A stretch of DNA of 64,000 bases from an uncultured Rhodobacteraceae bacterium (GTDB lineage: Bacteria; Pseudomonadota; Alphaproteobacteria; Rhodobacterales; Rhodobacteraceae), in NCBI GenBank assembly GCA_937907485.1, contig CALESR010000270.1, positions 3,200-67,199 on the forward strand, read 5' to 3'. This document shows, piece by piece, positions 57,641 through 64,000 of the stretch. Under the pieces are notes generated by a model. It searched no databases, was not told the DNA's origin, and worked only from the letters and a program-made list of their open reading frames with translations. The position numbers and the translations under genes are program-made. Positions within the stretch are counted from its first letter, which is position 1. Each line of letters opens with the position of its first letter.

Positions 57641-59025
57641 CCGACACCTGCCCCTCAGGCGCCACCAAGGCCGAGGCCGAGGCCTTTCTGGCCGCACATC
57701 CCGATATTCAGGCGATCGATATCTTGCTGCACGATTCCAACGGGATCGGGCGCGGCAAGATCATCCGGCGCCACGAATTGTTGAGCATTTTCGAGGGCGG
57801 ACGGCATCTGCCGATCTCGATCCTTGGTCTCGATATTCTGGGTGAGGATGTGCACGAGACCGGCCTGATCTGGGACGCGGGCGACGGCGACCTACGGGCT
57901 TGGCCGGTGCCTGGCACGCTGAAGGCGCAGCACGGCACCGACCCCGCGCGGGCCGAGATGTTTCTCGGGCAATACCATCTGGACGGCACGCCGATGCTTT
58001 CCGACCCGCGCCACGCGCTGGCCCGGCAAAAGGACGCTCTGGCGGCGATGGGGCTTTTTCCGTCAGCGGCGTTCGAACTGGAGTTTTTCCTCCTTGATCC
58101 CGAGCGCGACGCCCTAGGCCGGGTGCAGCCCGCCCGAGACGTGCTGGACGGACGGTTTTCCAACAAGACCGAAGTTTATTCCGTCGATCAGTTGATCGGC
58201 ATGCAGCCCTTGTTCGACGATATCTATGCGGGCGCGGCCAAGGCCGACATCACGGCGGAAACGCTGATTTCGGAATATGCGCCGGGGCAGTATGAATTGA
58301 CCCTGCGCTACCGCGCCGATGTGTTGACGGCGGCCGATGATCTGGTGCGCCTGAAGCGCATTGTGCGGGCGCAGGCGCGCAGGCATGGCGTGGTGGCCTG
58401 TTTCATGGCCAAGCCGATCGCGGATTACGCGGGTTCTGGGATGCATCTGCATGTGTCCTTGCAGGATGCCGAGGGGCGCAACGTGTTCTCCGAAGCGCCG
58501 GGGGCTGGCTGGACCGACACCCTGCGGCATGCCATCGGTGGGATGATCCAGACGATGGGCGAGTCGATGTTGGTTTTCGCCCCCCACGCCAATTCCTGGC
58601 GGCGGTTCGCCAATCAGTCCTATGCGCCGGTTTCGCCCACCTGGGGCGTGAACAACCGCTCGGTCGCGCTGCGCATTCCCGCCGGCGATGTTCGGGCGCG
58701 GCGGATCGAGCACCGCCCGGCGGGGGTGGATGCCAACCCTTATCTGGTGGCGGCGACCGTCCTCGCGGCGCTGCGTAAGGGCATTGTCGAACACATCGAC
58801 CCCGGCCCTGAAACGACCGGCAACGGCTATGACGCCGGGGCTGGGGCAGGGATCCCGCGCGACTGGCGCTCGGCCATCGAGGCTGCAACGGGCTCGGCGT
58901 TCCTCAAGGACGCCCTTGGCGACGAGATGCACCGGACGTTTTGCGCGGTCAAGGCGGCGGAATATGCCCGCGTGGCGCGCACGATTCCGGATGTGGACTT
59001 CGATCTCTATCTGCATAGGGTGTGA
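57637..59025 (+). CDS. Glutamine-synthetase-family ligase (PuuA-like gamma-glutamyl-amine ligase)
   Basis: RGK, ELEFFL, SEYAPGQYE, FMAKP...GSGMHLHVSL, NSWRRF, WGVNNRSVALRIP, RIEHR..GVDANPYL. Confidence 0.92.
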   Translation: MTDTCPSGATKAEAEAFLAAHPDIQAIDILLHDSNGIGRGKIIRRHELLSIFEGGRHLPISILGLDILGEDVHETGLIWDAGDGDLRAWPVPGTLKAQHGTDPARAEMFLGQYHLDGTPMLSDPRHALARQKDALAAMGLFPSAAFELEFFLLDPERDALGRVQPARDVLDGRFSNKTEVYSVDQLIGMQPLFDDIYAGAAKADITAETLISEYAPGQYELTLRYRADVLTAADDLVRLKRIVRAQARRHGVVACFMAKPIADYAGSGMHLHVSLQDAEGRNVFSEAPGAGWTDTLRHAIGGMIQTMGESMLVFAPHANSWRRFANQSYAPVSPTWGVNNRSVALRIPAGDVRARRIEHRPAGVDANPYLVAATVLAALRKGIVEHIDPGPETTGNGYDAGAGAGIPRDWRSAIEAATGSAFLKDALGDEMHRTFCAVKAAEYARVARTIPDVDFDLYLHRV

Positions 59026-59078
59026 GGCTTGGGGAGGCTGCCAGTCCCCTACCGGGGCGCGGCCGGATTGGGAAACCC

Positions 59079-60248
59079 ATGCAGATCAGGGTGGCAAAGA
59101 TGCACGGTAAGTTCCTGGTCTTTGCATTGATCGCAGGCGCGGCCGAGGCGCAGGTCTGCGCGCCCGTGGCGGCGCCGCTGGTCAATGCCTGTGACGGGCC
59201 GCGCGTGACGCTGGCGATCGGCGGCGACGTGCTGGTGCATCGGGCGCTGGCGTGGCGTGGGTACGAGCGTGGGTTCTCCAGCCTGTGGGGCGCCGTCGAG
59301 CCGATCTTACAGGCGGCGGATCTGGCGGTGCTGAACCTCGAAGGGCCGGTGGCGGCGGGATTTGCACGCGGCGGGCGGCGGGTGGCCGATCCGGGGCCGG
59401 TGTTCGATGACGTCGTTTATACCGAGTATCCGGCCTTCAATTATCACCCGGTGCTGATCGAGGCGCTGCTCGGGTCAGGCGTCGATGTGGTGACGACGGC
59501 CAACAACCACGCGCTGGACCGCGGACCGACGGGGTTGGACGCGACGCTGGGCGCGCTGGAACGTGCCGGAATGCGCCATGTGGGCGCAGTTCGGGGCGGC
59601 GAGGCGGTTTGGCGGCCGTTGCGGCTGCGGACGGCGGCGGGGCAACTCAGCCTGATCGCGTGCACGTTTTCCACCAATGGCATAGCGGATGCACGGGGTC
59701 AGGTGCCGCACTGCTATGAGGATCGCGCGGGTCTTCTGGCATTGGTGCGAGCCGAGGCCGCAGGCGGCGCCGGTGTGCTGGTGCTGCCGCATTGGGGTCA
59801 GGAGTATGAGCTGGAACCAGATCGCGCGCAGCGGGGGCTGGCGCGCGATCTGGTGGCAGCCGGGGCGATGGCGGTGGTCGGCACGCATCCGCATGTGCCG
59901 CAGCCTTGGGAAATGCTGGTGGGGCCTTCCGGCGTGGTGCCGGTGGTCTATTCGACCGGCAATTTCATCGCCGCGCAGCCGCCTTTGGCACGGGCGACAG
60001 GGATGATCGCCTGGATGGACCTGTGCGCCGGGCCGCGCGGGCCGATGGTGGGCGGGGCGGGTTATGTGCCGATCCAGATGGAGTTCGAGGGCGCCGATCC
60101 TTCGTTGACGCTGGCCGATCAGGGGGCAGCTGGGGTGGCCGGGCGCGCGCTGCTGGCGCGGCAAAGCCCGGGGCGCGAGGTCGCGTTGAGCTGCAATTCG
60201 CCGCGGCGCGCACAGGTCAGGGCGCCCGAGGTGGTGATCGACCGCTGA
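59079..60248 (+). CDS. Exported CapA/PGA_cap-family protein
   Basis: GGDVLVH, NLEGP, ANNHALD, HWGQEY, GTHPHV, YSTGNF; signal-like N-terminus. Start at 59079 or 59100. Confidence 0.88.
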   Translation: MQIRVAKMHGKFLVFALIAGAAEAQVCAPVAAPLVNACDGPRVTLAIGGDVLVHRALAWRGYERGFSSLWGAVEPILQAADLAVLNLEGPVAAGFARGGRRVADPGPVFDDVVYTEYPAFNYHPVLIEALLGSGVDVVTTANNHALDRGPTGLDATLGALERAGMRHVGAVRGGEAVWRPLRLRTAAGQLSLIACTFSTNGIADARGQVPHCYEDRAGLLALVRAEAAGGAGVLVLPHWGQEYELEPDRAQRGLARDLVAAGAMAVVGTHPHVPQPWEMLVGPSGVVPVVYSTGNFIAAQPPLARATGMIAWMDLCAGPRGPMVGGAGYVPIQMEFEGADPSLTLADQGAAGVAGRALLARQSPGREVALSCNSPRRAQVRAPEVVIDR

Positions 60249-60379
60249 GCCGCGCCAACCGGTCGCAGGGGGCCCATCTTGACGCGTGGCGGTTCCGGGA
60301 TGCAGCCTGAGGGCGCCGCCGTCGCGTTGTGCCGGGCGGCGAACGGTCAGCGGTTTCAACCGGCATCGGAGGTCATGGA

Positions 60380-60898
60380 ATGAGCCTGATGCGACACTCC
60401 CTTGTTTTGTCAGCCGTTTGCGCGTTGATGACGGTGACGGGTCTGCCCGGTCGGGTTGCGGCGGATCAACCCTCGATCCTGATGGTGGCGATCGATCCGG
60501 GGGCGTTGAACCGCGTCGTGCGGCAAGAACTCGGTCGCCCGGCGGCGCGGTCCCTTCGCGCGGCATTGGTCGGCGCCACCTATCGGGTGCCCGAGATCTC
60601 GGACCTGTATGGGCCGGATTGGGTGGTTGTCGATTCGCTGTTTCCCATCCTTAGGGCGTTGCGCGACGCCGCTGTAACCGACCAGCGCCTAAACGAGGTT
60701 CTGGCGGAGGTGAACGAGGCCGCACCCGTGCGCGGTCTGGCGATCACGCCGGCTTTCGGCGGCTGCCTGACAGTGACCTTGTCGGTCGAGGTGCATGACG
60801 GCATCACCGGCGTGCAGGCGCAGGGAGTCGAGTCCGACATCGAAGGCTGCGGCTCGGGCGACCTGACGCAGGTCGGGCCGGGTTTTTATGAGTTCTGA
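60380..60898 (+). CDS. Exported hypothetical protein
   Basis: GGAGG upstream; signal-peptide-like N-terminus ending VAA|DQ. Confidence 0.55.
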   Translation: MSLMRHSLVLSAVCALMTVTGLPGRVAADQPSILMVAIDPGALNRVVRQELGRPAARSLRAALVGATYRVPEISDLYGPDWVVVDSLFPILRALRDAAVTDQRLNEVLAEVNEAAPVRGLAITPAFGGCLTVTLSVEVHDGITGVQAQGVESDIEGCGSGDLTQVGPGFYEF

Positions 60899-61080
60899 GG
60901 CGGCTCGGGCGCGCGCTGGTGGGCGTCGAGATCACGTTCAGCCTTGTCCGCGCGGGCACGGGTCAGATCGCGCTCGACCTTGCTGACGCCATATTTCGCG
61001 GCTTGCACGGCGCCCGCGTCCCGCTCGGCCGCGCGGGCGTTCTGTTTGCGCCTTATGCGCAGATTGATGATCTGCGCCAC
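60886..61080 (-). CDS. DUF4169-family small protein
   Basis: MAQIINLR..RK..AR......A....AKYG.SK.ER pattern. Confidence 0.85.
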   Translation of the reverse strand: MAQIINLRIRRKQNARAAERDAGAVQAAKYGVSKVERDLTRARADKAERDLDAHQRAPEPPQNS

Positions 61081-61083
61081 GGG

Positions 61084-61341
61084 TTACCCCCTCAACGCGC
61101 GCCAAAGACCCAGCCCGGCGCCCAGCGCAAAACCCGGAAGGATGGCATAGATCCCCAGCGCCGCAGCGCCCATCTCGCAGCCGCCTGAACTGCCGGGGCC
61201 GCAGCCCCCGGCCAGATGGCTGATCCCCAGCGCGCCAAAAGCCGCGACGATCGGCACCAACAGCGCCCCCATCAGCCCCCAGCCCAGCGCGCGGGGCAGG
61301 GCGCGCAGCAGGCGCGAGAGGGGGCTTGGATTGGCGTTCAT
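61084..61341 (-). CDS. Small membrane protein
   Basis: Two TMs around GGCGPGSSGGCEMG; ATG at 61341 coupled to the upstream stop. Confidence 0.6.
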   Translation of the reverse strand: MNANPSPLSRLLRALPRALGWGLMGALLVPIVAAFGALGISHLAGGCGPGSSGGCEMGAAALGIYAILPGFALGAGLGLWRALRG

Positions 61342-61937
61342 CCGGCCAGTCTGGCAGGTTTGCGCGGGCCATACCAGTACCAAAGCCGGTAAACCTCCAA
61401 CACCGCGAGCGGGCCGAAATGCACCAACGCTGCCCAGGGGCTGGCCCAGTCATGCAGCGCTGCCCAATGCACCAGCGTCAGCACCGCGGCCGGGTATGTC
61501 CAGCGTTGCAGGCTCTTCCAGCGCGGCCCCATGGCGCGCAGCGCCCAGTCCGCCGAAGTCACGGCCAGCGGCACGAAAATGGCCATCGCCAGCCAGCCGG
61601 TCCAGATGTCGAAACGCGCGACCTGCTCCAGCACCCGCTCCAGCGTGCCGCGGTCGATCACATAGAGCACCGTATGCGCGGCGGCATAGGCAAAGCTGGC
61701 GACGCCGAAGTATCGCCGGTTCTGGCGCAGCCAGCGGGGGAATCGTGCCTGACGAAAGATCAGGATCAGCGGCGAGGCCAGCAGGGTGATGATGAGAAAC
61801 CGCGCCGAGAACTCGCCGGTTGGGTGCAAGAGGATATGGGCAATGCGCGGGTTGTCCGAGGTGGCGAGTTGCCAAGCCATCCCTGCGCCGGGAAGCGACA
61901 GGATCAGCCAGAGAATATAGGGGGAAAAGCGCGACAT
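61338..61937 (-). CDS. Ferric-reductase-like TM protein (MsrQ-like)
   Basis: HPTGE, RRYFGVASFAYAAAH, PLAVTS.D, WKSLQRWTY...LVHW. Confidence 0.85.
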   Translation of the reverse strand: MSRFSPYILWLILSLPGAGMAWQLATSDNPRIAHILLHPTGEFSARFLIITLLASPLILIFRQARFPRWLRQNRRYFGVASFAYAAAHTVLYVIDRGTLERVLEQVARFDIWTGWLAMAIFVPLAVTSADWALRAMGPRWKSLQRWTYPAAVLTLVHWAALHDWASPWAALVHFGPLAVLEVYRLWYWYGPRKPARLAG

Positions 61938-61992
61938 ATCAGGCTCCAGAGGGTGCGCACCTGTCACGCGCGGCGCCATGGTTTCCGTCGGT

Positions 61993-62847
61993 CTAGAGGC
62001 TGCGCGCGGCAAAGGTGTCGCAGGCCGCCAGATCGCCGCCACGATAGCCAGTGAAGAACCAGCGCTGCCTTTGGTCACTGGTGCCGTGAGTGAAGCTGTC
62101 GGGCACCACGGCGCCGCCGGCGGCGCGTTGCAACGCGTCGTCCCCAATGCGCGCCGCCGTCGCCAGCGCCTGCCGGATGTCGGCTTCGGTCAGTGCCAGC
62201 CGCTGCGCTGCCGAACGCGCCCAAAGCCCGGCATAACAATCGGCCTGCAACTCGATGCGCACGCTCAGCGCGTTAGCCTCACGCTCGGCCACTCGCTGCC
62301 GCTGTGCGTTGACCTGTCCCAATGTGCCGGTCAGGTTCTGTACATGATGCGCAACCTCATGCGCGATGACGTAGGCATTGGCGAATTCTCCGCCGGCGTT
62401 CAACTGCTGCTCCATCACCCGAAAGAACCCGGTGTCCAGATAGACGCGCTGGTCGCCGGGACAATAAAACGGCCCCATCGCCGCCTGCGCCGAACCACAG
62501 GCCGACGCGGTGCCGCCGCGATAGAGCACCAGCGTGGTCGGCTGATACCGCTGGCCGGCGGCGCGGAACAGTGTGGTCCAGACCTCCTCGGTCTCGGCAA
62601 GAACGGTTGCGACAAAGGCCTCTTCGTCATCGTCGATCGCATTGGGTCCGCTGGGCGCCGGGGCGCTGGCCACAGTGCCGGTGCCGCCCGAGAGGAAGGG
62701 CGTCACATCGACGCCGAAATAGGCGCCAATCAGCAAGACGATTATCGTGGCGCCGATGCCCAACCCACCGCCGGGGCCACGACCGCCGCCTCCGCCTGTC
62801 CGCCGGTCCTCGATGTTACGACTGGTCCGCCGCCCACGCCACTGCAT
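61993..62847 (-). CDS. YpfJ-like neutral zinc metallopeptidase
   Basis: MQWRGRRTSRNIEDRR, GPFYCP.D, HEVAHHVQ, ELQADC, DSFTHGTS.QR. Confidence 0.93.
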   Translation of the reverse strand: MQWRGRRTSRNIEDRRTGGGGGRGPGGGLGIGATIIVLLIGAYFGVDVTPFLSGGTGTVASAPAPSGPNAIDDDEEAFVATVLAETEEVWTTLFRAAGQRYQPTTLVLYRGGTASACGSAQAAMGPFYCPGDQRVYLDTGFFRVMEQQLNAGGEFANAYVIAHEVAHHVQNLTGTLGQVNAQRQRVAEREANALSVRIELQADCYAGLWARSAAQRLALTEADIRQALATAARIGDDALQRAAGGAVVPDSFTHGTSDQRQRWFFTGYRGGDLAACDTFAARSL

Positions 62848-62922
62848 GACACTACCCCGTTGTGCACTGACGCCATCTTGCGGCCCGCGCGGCAAATGTC
62901 AAACCGCGCGGGCAAAGCTCGG

Positions 62923-63861
62923 TCAGGGGCGGCTTTTGCGGAACGATGAATCCGGCGTTCCGGTGAAGCACCCCATCACGTGCGGATAAGCCTCGGTAAC
63001 GACATAGCCATAGACCCCGTCCTGAACCATGCCGTTGCACTGATCCAGATCACCCGATCCCGGCACATAAACCCAGTCGTCGATAAATGTTCCGTCATGC
63101 GTGCGGCCCGGTCCACCAGCGCGCAACCCGGCGCGCAACTGATAGCTGGTGCGCACTCGGCGGATCGTTGAACCGTCGCGGATAAAGCTGCCGAAGATTG
63201 GAAAGCCATCCGCAGCAAAGCCGATCACCGGTGAGGGGCGACTGGCATCGTCCTGATCGAAGAGGGCCATCGGGTTGCCGTGGTAATGATAGGTGCCGTC
63301 GGGTTGGGTGTGAGCGTTGTGTTCGTCCGCGCCAAATTGGCCACCCGGTCCCAGAGGATCATACCGATACGGCGCCGACATGTCGTTGCAGCCGATACGG
63401 CCATCGCCAACGCCAAAACAACCGGCGGCCATCATGTCCAGCTTGACGCCATTCAGAAAGATCGCGTTGTCGTATTCCAGGCTCAAGGGTGTGGGTTGTG
63501 CGGCGGCGCGGGGGCTGGCGGTGATGGAATAGGATTGCGCGCTTTCTTGCGTCGGGGTGTGAAAGCGGCCCGTGGCGTTGAAATCATGGTTGGGGATCGC
63601 GTTTGATTCGATCCGGCAGGTGCCACCGCTGCTGGTCACGGTAACCTCGGCCTCGAAGGTGCGCTGGTTTTGTACGTCGCTGACCGTCGCCGTATTTGCG
63701 GCGACGTAATCGGCGCAATTGGCCGAGCGCGCGGTCAGCACCGCATCGGTGATGTCATGCGCAAGGGCCGGACGGGTCGTGTATCCGGTGGCCAGTGCCA
63801 AGGTCAGAACCGCCGCGCCAGCGCCGCGGTTCAGGGGGGTATAGGGGTTCGAAAGGGTCAT
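62923..63861 (-). CDS. Exported YHYH protein
   Basis: Signal peptide ending ALA|HD; NAIPNH, HNAHTQPDGTYHYH, GFAADGFPIFG, DLDQCNG. Confidence 0.9.
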   Translation of the reverse strand: MTLSNPYTPLNRGAGAAVLTLALATGYTTRPALAHDITDAVLTARSANCADYVAANTATVSDVQNQRTFEAEVTVTSSGGTCRIESNAIPNHDFNATGRFHTPTQESAQSYSITASPRAAAQPTPLSLEYDNAIFLNGVKLDMMAAGCFGVGDGRIGCNDMSAPYRYDPLGPGGQFGADEHNAHTQPDGTYHYHGNPMALFDQDDASRPSPVIGFAADGFPIFGSFIRDGSTIRRVRTSYQLRAGLRAGGPGRTHDGTFIDDWVYVPGSGDLDQCNGMVQDGVYGYVVTEAYPHVMGCFTGTPDSSFRKSRP

Positions 63862-63931
63862 TCAGACATTCTCCGGCGTTGATACCGGTAACAGAACGCT
63901 TGAGATGCCCTTTTCCGTCGCGATTTCGTGA

Positions 63932-64000
63932 TTATCCCTTGGGCGAGATCATGTCCTCAGGGCGAACGACGCGGTCGAAGGTCTCGCCATCGACATAGCC
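63932..64000 (-). CDS. fumC: 3' end of class II fumarate hydratase (partial)
   Basis: Last 22 residues GYVDGETFDRVVRPEDMISPKG* match the FumC C-terminus. Confidence 0.7.
   Translation of the reverse strand, partial: GYVDGETFDRVVRPEDMISPKG

Overview
High-GC alphaproteobacterial (Rhodobacterales-like) chromosomal window with four blocks. (1) <1-16.6 kb: a compact lipid cluster whose genes together read as an inositol-phospho-sphingolipid (IPC/GIPC-like) pathway. It encodes an Aur1-like IPC synthase, a bCerS-like GNAT, a dedicated ACP + NodE-like ketosynthase + MaoC dehydratase pair, a paralogous LptBFG exporter, a YbhN-like flippase domain, Ino1, an SPT/RkpG-like alpha-oxoamine synthase, an SDR, a CDP-alcohol phosphotransferase, three glycosyltransferases (GT-A, Sur1/Och1-type GT32, PIG-A-like GT4), a deacetylase and an outer-membrane barrel. 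The cluster runs off the left edge. (2) 16.7-41.8 kb: a Wzx/Wzy-type capsule/EPS locus (PglF/WbpM-like, wzc, ugd, uronate epimerase, acyltransferase with an in-frame G12 tract, HexNAcA dehydrogenase, wzx, EpsG-type wzy, TupA-like ATP-grasp, CapA-like, methyltransferases, GNAT, priming transferase). A three-gene GTA head-spike module (Rcc01079/GhsA-like base, fibre, small accessory protein) is embedded in it. (3) 42.0-48.7 kb: a ~6.7 kb satellite-like element integrated at tRNA-Ser(TGA) and bounded by an 18-bp direct repeat (P4-type integrase, AlpA, Prim-Pol, Sel1 cargo, HGGxSTG protein). (4) 48.8-64 kb: core-like genes (hydantoinase/oxoprolinase family, multi-PAS hybrid kinase, DUF1989, class III aminotransferase, GS-family ligase, CapA-like, MsrQ-like, YpfJ-like peptidase, YHYH protein, 3' end of fumC). 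All assignments come from motif reading and remembered family features. No database searches were run.
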